This document shows, piece after piece, positions 24,707 to 36,724 of a DNA stretch of 64,000 nt. The DNA comes from Paraphysomonas bandaiensis (Eukaryota; Protista; Chrysophyceae), in contig CBFFRP010000065.1 of NCBI GenBank assembly GCA_965644295.1, positions 1-64,000 on the forward strand, read 5' to 3'. Positions within the stretch are counted from its first letter, which is position 1; every line of letters starts with the position of its first letter. The notes under the pieces were generated by a model. It did no database searches. It was given only the letters and a program-made list of their open reading frames with translations, and had not been told where the DNA came from. The position numbers and the translations under genes were made by a program.

Positions 24707-26212
24707 ATGTCCTCTAATGATTACGATATTATTATTATTGGTGCAGGATTATCTGGATTCGTTACAGCATATACTATAAGCAAACTAACTTCAGGACAGT
24801 GTCCCTTCAAGATATGTATCTTAGAGGGCAGAGATCGCTGTGGGGGCAGATTAAAGCCGATGCAATCATTATCCGGTAAATCTATTGATTTAGGTATGTA
24901 TAAGTATAGAATTGCATACAATGAAGTGATGTGATTGATAGGGGGCATGTGGGTGGGCCCTCTACAGACATATATAGGAGATTTATTGCAAGAGCTTGCA
25001 ATCCCTGTATATAAACAGTATCTTGAGGGGGTCAATATACACGATGATAGTCGTCGATTGCATCGATACACTGGAACTATCCCTAATATATCCTTATTCA
25101 GTTTGTTGGATACACACCTCTTGTTGGGTCGAATGGATAAACTTGTGCGGTCGATAGATGTTGAAGATGTATCTTCCACTAAACACGCAAGAGAATACGA
25201 TACCATATCCCTCTATGAATATGGACGAAGACATTGTTGGACGAATCAAGCACAGAGTCTTTTATCTGTAGCTACACGAATGATATTGGGCTATGAAACT
25301 GACCAAGTATCACTGCTGTATTTTTTGTACTATTGCCGAACTGCAGGTGGTACTCGCCCTTTAGTGGATAGTGATGGTGGAGGACAAGACAGTCGCATGA
25401 AGGGTGGTACCGCTGCGTTGTTACATGCGCTAAGAGATTCAATAGAGCGCTCTAACTGCGACTTAACAGTTATCACTGGGCGCCCAGTTGTCTCTGTAGA
25501 TTATTCCTCTCACCCATGTGTAGCTATTTGTTCCGATAACTCCTCTTTTACTTCTAAGCGTATTGTGATGTGTTGTCCTCCCTCTGCTCTATCTCGAATT
25601 TCATTTTCGCCTACTCCCTCACCCTGGAAGCTCTCTTTATGGAAGCGCTCCATTTCAGGCTGTCTCACAAAGGTTGTGGTCGTCTACAACTCTGCCTTCT
25701 GGCGCGAAGCAGGGTTCTCCGGGAGCGCAGTATGTGAACATCCATCTCTTACTCGCCCTTTATCGGGTGTATTTGACTACTGCGATGACTCTGGTGATAA
25801 CCCTGCGCTGTGTGGTTTTATATCTGGCGATGTTGGGGTACGGTTCGCATCTCTTTCGGAGGGCCAGCAACGGACAGCTGTTCTTGGTCACTTAGCACAC
25901 CTCTTCGGATCGATGGCCGAAAATGAGGAGAACCTAATAGAATTTCATATCATGGATTGGCTACATGACCCTGATGGGTCCCGGTTCGGGGGGGGATGCC
26001 CTGTGGATACACCTGGCCTTGGTTATTTCAGAGAACATTCTTCACAGCTACGTACGCCTTTGTTTCGAGATCCTACGGCTTTGGAAGATGTAGTGTTTTT
26101 TGCGGGCACAGAAACTGCATTAAAGTGGGTGGGATATATGGATGGTGCGGTGGAGTCTGGGTTACGGGTGGGAGAAGAGGTTGTTAAATCTCTTGAACGT
26201 GATGAAATGTAG
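24707..26212 (+). CDS. Flavin monoamine oxidase family protein, 2 exons
   Basis: IIGAGLSG, LEGRDRCGGR, DLG/GMWVGPLQ across an intron (~24893-24941), GGGQDSRMKGG, FAGTETALKWVGYMDGAVESG. Confidence 0.95.
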
Positions 26213-26856
26213 TAGTTTCTGATGTCGTAAGCGCACCAAATTGCATCGAGATAAACCCTGCAGGTGGCGGCTGACTAGACTAATTGTTTTTGTCGGTTTG
26301 CTGCTGTTGTATTTACGAATTTACAAAAATGTATTATAACTGTCTAAAAAAGTATCTGACAGCTTGACACAGTATCTGTATACTGTATACTCGCCATGGC
26401 TGCGTAGAAATTGTCGTCAATTAGGTGATACAGGTTGTAGTCAATTATAGTCGCGATTATTATTTGCTGCCCAAATTAATTGATACTGATACTAATCTAC
26501 GTACGTGTATCCATACATTAGCTGCCACTATCCAATAGCATGCTCAATGCTCAACTCTCAATTCATTGCAGAGGCAACAATTTCCGTCCGGGTAAGTGAG
26601 GCCTCGTTGCCACCTTGCATCTTCACGACAGTCAAAGTGGTACCTTGTGATGAGATTTTTAAACAATGCACGAACGTCGTGATGTTTTCCTTCAGTAATT
26701 CTATTGACACAAGTTGAAATAATTTCAAGTCGTCCCATAGTTGCATCAGCTTTTCATGCTACATTGTTTTACTTGAAACTAGATATAACATATCAGGACC
26801 AAACAGCATGATCACAAGTGGTCATATAGAAGCAAATAGTGGTCAACCATTGCAAA

Positions 26857-27295
26857 TGCCCTCAACAGAGTCGGACTCACACCTTGTCGTGGTGTGTTCG
26901 GAGGATGTTGCTCTGCTGTCCACTCATAGCCAAATACTAGTGTGGTACAAGGGACACCAATAAATGTCGCTTGTGTAGACGTCTTTAGGCCTAGACGAAT
27001 AAACAGGCATCAGGAAATGAGCCCACCTCAAGGGCATCCGGTGTATGAGGCTGCCTGCTGAAGTCAAGCAACCGGGCTGTTCACCTCAAGGAATCCAAAA
27101 TCCTGAAGTCAGAAGATGTCAGCTATACCAGCATTCCACATGCTCACTGCACTTTCGAGTGATAGAGCAATAGTGGTTGCACTTTGGTGCTTGCGGTGAC
27201 GCGCAAACAGCTTTCGTAGAGTAAAATAATAGGATATCAGAGTTAAGCGCTGACTCTTAAACCTTAAACGGCTACTGCTAATAATAAGGTATTCA
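26857..27295 (+). repeat. Dispersed repeat family X, copy B (longest)
   Basis: Core at ~27164-27295; upstream block GCCCTCAACAGAGTCGGACTCACACCTT also present at 42853. Confidence 0.75.
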
Positions 27296-28226
27296 CATCT
27301 TCATTGCAAATGTGGAACCTCATCTGGTATCTTGCTTGATTACTGTGCAGAAGAGATCTTTCTTACGGAGCTTACTAGAGCTTGCAATTCGCCAGGTTTG
27401 AATACCCATTTGAAATGAATAGCATGACAGCCTAATTTAAAGCTTTGCCATGTTGAGTTTGCTGTTTGAGCAATTAAAAGCTGTAATTCTAAGGTATTAG
27501 AATTATGACCGTTAGTCAACGAATACAGTAGTGGTTTACACTAACAACATGATAGCTACACTGTAGTAATGAAACTGAATATAATATATTGATTATATAC
27601 AAGATAGAGACGATGTAAGATCGTACGAGAAATGAATGGTTATTGAGATAACATGAAATTGACGAATGAGTAGAGATATTGATTATAATTTTAACAAGAT
27701 TAATAAGTGAATACATGTTCAGTTAACTTAGTACATCATCCAATCGTTTCATAACTTCATAATATTATGCCAATTAAACTAGCATACACACTCAAATTGA
27801 TGGTATTAATATTCCAATTAATTGAAGCCGGTTGTGGTCTATAACTTGCTGTCTACAATTCAATAATTGACAATTAATTGCTATGCAGCCCAGCCAATGA
27901 AATAGGAAATTACATTTTCTTTATACAAGACAACAAATGTTTTACATCGACAACTGGCTGTAGCAAAAAATGTAGAGGGTGGTACTCTGACCTCTGACCA
28001 ATCTTTTATTTAAAAATTCACCGCAAAACTCACTATACAATTCCTCCGTTCTGGTATCAATAGCATTTTCAAAAAAATTGCAATCATACAATAGCAACAT
28101 AGCAACTAAATTTCTAGCTAAGCAATATAATATACTACAATTAAACTGTCTGGAAGGTATACTACAAGTACAAATCAAATGCTATACAGGATTCTTCCCT
28201 GTTAGGAGTGGCATGCCATCAGTAGT

Positions 28227-29757
28227 TTACATACCCGAAACCCAATCCAGACAGCAGAAGGACGGGTGGCTTAGAGATCTGAAATACGTAGATATTATAG
28301 GGGCGACCACGATACAAAGCGAATATTAGTTGAGCAAATTGTCAGCAACGGAATGTGTTACAATCAATGACCTAAATCAGCGATCATACCTGATCTCGTG
28401 CTCGAGCTGATATATCACTTCACCAGTGTGAATGTCAATAATATCTTTGAAGCGGTATTCGTTGTGGTGCAGTATGTCGTCAACAGATCTGTACTGAAAC
28501 TACAATGGCAACAATTAAAACACATGTTCACTGTATACATTTGCGAAAGATAATATACCTGCGGAAAACGTGGGTTCTCCCAATGTAAAGATCTCTCGAC
28601 TAGCCTCTCGTATATGTCCACGAATCTAATCATACAGCACACAGAACAAATATTATGTGTAGATGTAACGGATTACAATACACATTGTACAATTTCCACT
28701 ACATAGCATCTCTACATCACCATGCATTATTAGTTGCCACAGATTATATGTACGTATTTCATTAGCCAAGGTAAAAAGAGTCACGAATCAAGGTTACATT
28801 AGCATACTAATCATATTACAATATTACCTATTCACGTATAGTGCGATATGGTGTCCATCGTAAGATGGAAGAGGGCGACGTGACTCTTTGAATGATATGT
28901 ATTGGTGGTACCCGATGTAGATTGTACATGTATCCAACGGTCCACTCTCTGAGAATTCAGTGGTCGTGGTGGCATTAGCGTATAAAAAATACGAGTAAAA
29001 TTCACATATTCTTTGGGCTGTATGAAGACTGGTATCGAATTCAATGTACCTCATACCTGGAAGGTAGCAAATAGGAATAAGAATATGCGACACGTATATA
29101 CAGTAGTATATACAGCTCGACATACTATACATCCTCATACAATAGAACTCATTCAGCCAAATTTCAGACAGTGCTCTCACCTCTCCCTTCAGTTAAACCT
29201 CCAGGTAAACTGTGTTCCTTATTGGGAGGAAGATGAGCAGCAGGTCCATACCATGTTGCCTCACCAACTTGTTGATGTAATCGAAAACGATTTCCATATG
29301 GACATATTGTTTCAATAATTGGTAGACTATTGTGATCATACGATAGACTATATGCATATTCATAGTCTATTAAATCTTGTTGTATTGACGAGATATTCGG
29401 ATAGTATAATCCAATACATCCACGTATAATTTGAGGATAATCTGATGGAAAATGAAATTGTTGTAATCCAATATTACCCCATACTAAACTATCTGTAATC
29501 CCTCCTGCATTACGTATATTTGATAAGATAATATGAGCACGTGGATCACTCGTTAATTTTAAGATCTTAAAATAGAAATAAGAATACAATGCATTCCATT
29601 TGCCTGTATTGATATTAACATGTTCAAGTAGGACTATGGGTTCACCAGGTTGAACATGTATGATTGGTATAGATGGGTTAGGGTTATATGCGGTAGTATG
29701 GAGGATGATATATGTATGTATGTATAGTATAGTATATAGAAGTGAATAGAGAGACAT
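28227..29757 (-). CDS. Glyoxalase/VOC-superfamily-like protein, 5 exons, with a signal-peptide-like N-terminus
   Basis: Spliced motifs LLEHVNIN, DPR, WGNIGLQQFHFP, PQIIRGCIGL, CPYGNRFR, GMRYIEFD, GHHIALYV, YRFKDIIDIHTGEVIYQLEHEIRSLSHP match, from memory, a bacterial/algal glyoxalase-like family; stop TAA at 28227-28229. Confidence 0.78.
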
Positions 29758-30000
29758 GACTACTTGATGTTTACGTATGTATGTAGCTATCACTGATGGT
29801 GTATGTAGACAATAGCATTTAGTTATAGCACTTCAGATACATGCGTAATCTCCCATAAGGATTAGATCTATAGAAGTCAATAGATTACCATATACACACT
29901 TCACCTAACATGTACACTTTACAGAAAGGTACACAACTAAGAATACACAATTCAAAAATATGCAATATATATTATTAAAAGTTTTGGTGGATAAACATGT

Positions 30001-30073
30001 GCCTTCATAGCTCAGTTGGCTAGAGCATGCGCTTAGTAAGCGTAAGGTCGAGAGTTCGAGCCTCTCTGAAGGC
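30001..30073 (+). tRNA. trnT: tRNA-Thr (anticodon AGT)
   Basis: Cloverleaf: acceptor GCCTTCA/TGAAGGC, D arm GCTC/GAGC, anticodon arm TGCGC-TTAGTAA-GCGTA, T arm GAGAG-TTCGAGC-CTCTC; downstream poly-T terminator. Confidence 0.98.
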
Positions 30074-30297
30074 TATCCTTTTTTTTATGTAGCTATTCGA
30101 AAACCTTCATTTTATTACTTTTGAATTTATGAAAGCCTGTATATCCAGAGTATCATTCTTCTAAAGTGCAGATATTGTCCACTGTACAGCAGATGATCTG
30201 CTCTGCTCTTGTATGCATATAAGTTTCATTGCATTCTTATCCTCTTATCATAATTCTCCAATCCCTAATTGGTTGTTACTCTTATATTATCATAGAG

Positions 30298-30831
30298 ATG
30301 CAAGACACACAGAGTTTATGCTGTGACATTTATTCTGAGTTTACCATCCATGGATATGTATTGGACTCTATAGCAACAGAGGGACTGGGTATACATCATC
30401 CTAAAGAACTACGCACTCTTCTTTCGTTTGGAAGTGAGTGGCATATATGTCGAAATCATTATGGCGTATTCGGTTGCAATTTGATGAATAATGGTCAGTT
30501 TCTTTGTAAAGCGGATATCATTGGTGAAGATATTGTTGGACAATGGTATAGAGATCATCCCCAACCGAACTGTGCTTCGAAAGAATATGAATGTATGGGA
30601 GCGGTGTCAGAGTTTGATTATTTATTTGTGAATACGGATCCTTCATCGAAGCAGTGTGGAGAGACCAGACTACTTGTAAACAACTGCTTCGAAGAAGGAG
30701 TATGCACTCCCGCCCCATTTTCTAATTTTTTAGTATTAGTTCTTAAATTTGCGAAGGAGTATAATGAAAGTTACGATACAAACGAACAACTGGAGTTTAG
30801 AAACTTCTTGAGTCGGTACTCTAGTTCCTAA
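30298..30831 (+). CDS. Intronless hypothetical protein, possibly SMI1/KNR4 (SUKH)-like
   Basis: LGIHHPKELRTLL ... MGAVSEFDYLFVNTD...GETRLLVN...PFSNFL resembles the SUKH motif layout; not verified. Confidence 0.55.
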   Translation: MQDTQSLCCDIYSEFTIHGYVLDSIATEGLGIHHPKELRTLLSFGSEWHICRNHYGVFGCNLMNNGQFLCKADIIGEDIVGQWYRDHPQPNCASKEYECMGAVSEFDYLFVNTDPSSKQCGETRLLVNNCFEEGVCTPAPFSNFLVLVLKFAKEYNESYDTNEQLEFRNFLSRYSSS

Positions 30832-31537
30832 TGCTTTAATCTTTGCACCAGCAGAGTTACGATAGGTTGTCTATATATCGTTAAAGCGTCCGATGCAAGA
30901 TGCAGCTGTAGTATAATACTGTAGACACATTTATAGTAGTTGTATTCGTCATCAAGTAATTATCCCTTCACCCTTCATATCTGCATTATATTTCGTGGTC
31001 GGAATAGCTACTTCGTACAACCAAATTAACTCCTCTTACGTACTAGTAAACACATAAACACAGAAGTTATGCGGCAGCAATGAGAGTTCAACCACACAAT
31101 GTAATTGTTACTTTAGTGCACTTCTAAGTTCTAAGTACGGTGCCCTTCAAGTCACGATATCATGGGGTAGATAAGTTCATGGATAAAGTAATAGTTTAAC
31201 GTTAAGCCAGGTAAACTTTATTTAGTGAACGGCCATTAAAATAGTAAGTCGGCTCTATAACATGAATATTCTGTCATCCAAAAGAAATCTGACAGCCAAT
31301 AAACAATAGTTTACAACAACGAAAATACGATTATCAATTGTATTTTTATCCGGTGAACAAAAGAGGTAAAAATACTTAAAGTGTTCGTCGTTCGATTCCA
31401 TTCGATAGAAAAAGTACAGTGTCATAATGACAAATACGTAAACTAAGTACATCATTGAAACAGAGTGACATTCGTGCAATGGACTACGATAATGGTATAT
31501 CACATCCTTCGAAAATCTGATCACAAACACCTTTCAC

Positions 31538-32727
31538 TTATTCTCGACGGTTGCAGGGCGGACTCTCTTGTACAAGGCATTTCCTAAATTGTATTACATA
31601 AATTCCAGGAGAAAATATGTCAATATGATGGCTTTTCCTCAGTGCGTAGTTCAAGAGAATAGATTTAGAGACACAAGATACTTCATAAGGTACTACAGTA
31701 ATTAGTACAACACCAAGTTCTACAGGAAACATAAGGAAGCAGCATACCTTGCCCAATAGGAGGGAGACATGTAGCCTCTCGAACAAGCCCATAAATTCCT
31801 AAATACTCATCCAAACTATCTAACCGTGTGCCATTCTGGAAATGGTCTTCAATACTAATACCGGTAAGTACATAATCAAGGTTGGAGAGTATTCCATTCC
31901 CGCATCCCTTCAGAGCCGGCAACTCCGCCCCTTGTACATTTAAGTACAGGAAGTTGAACTTTTTGACAGAGAATTTATTATCCGAACTCTGCTTCTCTTC
32001 TAGTTCCATTTCACTAAGTGAATGATTCATCTCCAGAAGAAATTGCTCCACCAGATCTCTAATCGTAACAGTATTGATTTCAATTTCAGGATTCTCGCTG
32101 GCCTTCCTGACAAATGGAAAGTACTTTTGATGCGACTTGCCAAGATTTAAGAGTGACGAAGACATGTCATTTGTTGCAATCCTAAGTCGACAATAGACAT
32201 CCGAAACGCTCCACACAGCGCCATGTCGGACCTAACACTCTAGTCACGTCAGTTGGAACAGTAGAAGTACATACATAATGTCCATTATTCAAGAGACATA
32301 AGCTTTCAAGACGCCCATTGATTTTCTCAATAAGATCTGGTCGTGCTTCGATCCATAACACTGGCACAATTTTCAATTTCTTATAGATATATGCTTCTTC
32401 TGCAGAATGTGCTCCGACATGTAGCACACCAGATATATCATTCCTTCTCTGTTTCAAAACATGTTCATAATTAAAATGATATGTTCTTCCCATAATAACA
32501 AAATAATTAAATGATGATAATGTTTTTTGTACACCCCACCAATTGAAAAGAAAAGGAAAACCGATTAAGAAGGCAACAAGTAGAGATATTCGTCTGAATA
32601 GTCCAGGAAGATATCTAAACCACCATTGTTTAGGTATGAATAATGATAGAACCCCCCCTGTTATAGGTAATTCAAAGCCTAGTATCCAGTACACACACCA
32701 TTCTCCTAGGAAATCAATACCCAACAT
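31538..32727 (-). CDS. FkbM family SAM-dependent methyltransferase with an N-terminal membrane anchor, 3 exons
   Basis: GVLHVGAHSAEE, WIEA, MSSSLLNLG..HQKYFP, NVQGAELPALKG; a 43-nt intron (~32232-32274) restores the frame. Confidence 0.88.
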
Positions 32728-33054
32728 GAGGATATATGTGTTTAATTAATTTATTAGAGTGTTTACTCATGTATGAATATATATATATATATATAGTGAT
32801 ATGTAGATGGATGTATTACGTCGTATATTATATATATGGGTTTTATATAGCTGGATACGATGGGCAATAAAACCCTTTAAAGTCATATCAGTATAGAAAA
32901 ACACACTTCTCATAGAAGTATGATTCATTGTAGAGTGTTGAATTATATATATTGACATTCCCACACTTCGACTTCATAAAGAATATCAAGTAATATCTTG
33001 ATATTTTGAATATGTATGCGCGTACGACATATACATAGACAAAAAAAAAGTGAA

Positions 33055-33127
33055 GCCTTCAGAGAGGCTCGAACTCTCGACCTTACGCTTACTAAGCGCA
33101 TGCTCTAGCCAACTGAGCTATGAAGGC
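33055..33127 (-). tRNA. trnT: tRNA-Thr (AGT), copy 2
   Basis: Exact reverse complement of 30001-30073; poly-T downstream. Confidence 0.98.
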
Positions 33128-33211
33128 ATATGATACTTGGGCACAAAATAATACAATATATTATATACGTTTTTTATTTTGAGGAAATTATAGGTAAAAT
33201 AAAAAATGATA

Positions 33212-33284
33212 GCCTTCAGAGAGGCTCGAACTCTCGACCTTACGCTTACTAAGCGCATGCTCTAGCCAACTGAGCTATGAAGGC
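33212..33284 (-). tRNA. trnT: tRNA-Thr (AGT), copy 3
   Basis: Exact reverse complement of 30001-30073; poly-T downstream. Confidence 0.98.
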
Positions 33285-34792
33285 ACATGTTTTCTCTTTC
33301 TCAAATTATATAATATAAATCATAATATTTATACTGGTTGTTAACCTTCGCATCAACGATACTGATCTCATATCACATAATTCATTATATTATGGATATA
33401 TATATGTGCGTATAGATTAAGGCTCTGTAATATCATCTCCACAGCCCTCACATGAGTCCACTATCATGTCATACTTGTCATAATGTATTGTCAGTATAAC
33501 TGAAGTATACAGAGTGTTGTTGCGACTTTACATGATGTAAAGTCTATAGTATGATTCATTGTCACTATATCATTCGTGTGAGACGTGTTGCATTTCACCA
33601 AGCACAGTATACGGTATCGTTAAGTGTGAACACAACTACAGTGATACAAACGAGAGAGGGAACAACACATCCAATCAGTGATCTATCCTCCGCTTACATC
33701 AATTGCAATAGTTGTTTGAAGGGTTAATTAATACTATTTCAGTGATTTCAATCATATTGTCAATGTAACGCAATAATATTAATTAGCTAATCACCACTTG
33801 CGGCTAAATCCTTATGAAACACGCGACGTTTCAACGAGTCCAGAATGGGAAGTGGGATCTCTACCATTCTATCTAATTTATCCCGAGGCACGTCTATTCA
33901 ATAATAATGTGTGGAATGAGAACTATTCGAATTTGCTGTGTCAAATCTTGAATGCATATCGATGTAGCGATGGAAATGAAATTCATTCTTATTATTAATT
34001 CGTGTGTCAATTCTGTACCGTATGGTGCATTTTTAATGGTCAAAGACTAATAGATGATCATTTGTGCCACCGTTTTTCTGAGGTGTTTATGCCATATACA
34101 TTGTTATTGTTGTGACCTTGTATTTTCACATTGCGACACATATATATCGGATGTAAACAGAGAATTACATAGACTAGAACGCCAAGTGAGAGCACTGTTA
34201 CAACGTGATAGCATTGATGTTGTTGTTACTTAGAATAAAGTAGAAATTACTATTATTAACTATTAAGAACTACAGACGATACTGTTGTGTGCAATATAGT
34301 GCGGCCTATTCTCTCACCAATACCTATGACAGAAGTTTTTGAAGAGTCTACCAGTACTAACAGCCCTTAAACACTATCAACTATCAATACACTGTTCAAT
34401 ATTCTTATATATTGCTCCCTATCCCTGGGTAAATATATATGGTATTGACCATATCGCTTAGGCTATTGTACAATATATTTGCTATCCTTTATGTCCAATA
34501 GAATAAATGCAATTGTTTGCGAGATAAGATCATTTTTTACAGCTGCTAATCACAACACGCTACAAGCTCTGATTATTGCGTGCGTCTCTATACATTTTGT
34601 TAGTTAGAGCCGAATATGCTGCCTGCAATGATGATCTCTTGTTCGTTGTTCATCAAATCAAATTCCTCGCCTGCTTAGATTTTAGCAATTCCATTTTCAA
34701 ATTCGTATAATTAACAATGAATCATTATTATTAAACGTGTTGTGGTTTATCTATTACACTTAGTTATAGTTCTGTTGCTCAATAAAAATTAT

Positions 34793-35100
34793 GCATATAT
34801 ATCATACGTTGTAATGTAGCATTAAGATATATAACAATATCGCAGATAAAGAGCTAATGAAACATAAAAGAGAAAAACAAAACAATATACCATTAATAGA
34901 TTGATAGCAAGCGCATCACTTCACTGGGCGCAATTGAATATAAAATACGTAACAACATGGCATATATATTATACGTTGTCATGTAGCATTAAGATATAAT
35001 AATATCGCAGAAAGAGAGCTAACGAAACATCGCAGAAGCAAAAACAATATACCCACTAACAGACTGATGGCAAGCGCGTCACTTTACTGCGCGCAATTGA
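34793..35100. repeat. Diverged tandem duplication (~165-bp period) of a gene 3' end
   Basis: 34793-34937 aligns to 34960-35100. Confidence 0.85.
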
Positions 35101-36115
35101 TACATTGGCACGCGGCAAATCGACGAGTGGAAGTAGTTCGTTTGATGTTACACGTGTAGTATGTGGAGCCTTCTTCAAGGAAGGTAGAGTGCCCGAATTT
35201 TCGTCAGGAATACACAAGTGTTTTGCAAGATTCATGTCTCCAGAGTGATTCGTATTCCCAACTGGTGAAATATTGGAGTTGAATAGATATGATTGGCACG
35301 GATCCAAAGTCTTATACCTTTCATGAACAGGTGGGCTGATTTTATCCCCGTCTGATTTCCTTCTGTTTTTTACTATTTCACACACAGCACGAGGTGTATC
35401 GTTATTAGTAGAGGAATATTCAGATTTAAAAAAAGACAGTGGACGAAGAGTAGGAGAAACAGCCCTCATTCGAATATATTCCGAAGTCTTTGATGTTTTA
35501 GGCACAGTATCAATCTGATCTGAGTAAGATCTACGTCTGGGTATGCTGTCTAAAGTGATAACAGATGTATCGTCAGCGTCACACTCTCCTTTCTCCATAA
35601 TCACATCGATATGTGATTCACGTTTAGTGTATGCACTCGAAGTACTGTCCCGTTTCTCAGACGACTCCTCCGCAGACAATACAGAGCACGATGTGTGGGG
35701 TGATATATGGTGATGTGATCCCTGTCGACGCGACAAATTAGGACGAATAGTTCCATCAAGGTCCTGACGGGGAGTCTTCGTTCTGCAAATGATACTTTTT
35801 AGAAGACAGACGCATTGAACAGGTCATCATGTTGCATTTATACACAAAGCGATAAAGTATCACGTAGTTATACAAAATACTTCCTTTCTTACATTAATGG
35901 CGTTACATTCTTCGGGTGTTGCACCACAGGGGGCAATTTGATTGCATCATATATCTTACGTATCTCCTTTTCATCTATACAAACAACTATCAGACACAAG
36001 TGCCATCCAACAGTGTAAAACAATCACCACAAATAGAAATCATCTCTGCTCTGTGCTCATCTTTAATATCACTCCATTGCTGTGATATCTCTTCCACACT
36101 GACGACAGGGTTCAT
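35056..36115 (-). CDS. Hypothetical Ser-rich, disordered protein, multi-exon
   Basis: Large last exon (ORF 35056-35736, extending upstream) plus two small upstream exons with GT-AG sites; start uncertain. Confidence 0.55.
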
Positions 36116-36724
36116 ATGGGTAGAGTGTCCACTGTATCCAGATGTCTAGTGTGTGTATCTCATATATTAAGAGTGTATGTCTAGAGTAATACCTGACCCA
36201 CTACCCTGAACCTAGCATATACTGAGAACAAGATGTGATATTGAAGGATATTGTGAGTTGTTTTGGTATGTCTTATGGAGGTTATATAATGGATATAGTA
36301 TCTATCATACTGTAGATATGTGTGTGCTGTGCGTGTATATATCCATCTACATAGATATATGCACACCCTACATATGAGATCAACACACAGCAGTTGAAGC
36401 TGGACTAGTGGACACGGACAGATCAATCGTACACGGGTAGTTAGGATACAGGATGTAGACTGTCAACTCTTTTACGAAGCTTATCATATGTACGGTAAAT
36501 TCCTATAGAATTCCCCAGAATACATAATCATACTCCCGTATATGGCATGCATAGGAATTCCTATATGCACTTGTCTGCTACATCTGCGCATCTTGGCACA
36601 TCCACAAGCATCTCATTCCAACTTCATACATACACTTTCACACTTTTATAATTTTCCAGTTCAAAATCTCATCAATTTTACGTGAATTATAAGGACTTTT
36701 TAACGAAGATTTAATATAGTAGTG

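Noticed and set aside
23744-28532. 397-bp direct repeats as LTRs of an element carrying the amine oxidase
   Set aside because: The repeat is the spliced 3' end of the VOC gene; no PBS, PPT or TSD seen
14382-29757. GFA, amine oxidase and glyoxalase-like genes as an aldehyde-detoxification cluster
   Set aside because: Spread over 15 kb with unrelated genes between them; no evidence of co-regulation
32182-32280. Apparent frameshift in the FkbM gene
   Set aside because: Explained by a 43-nt GTATGT...TTAG intron
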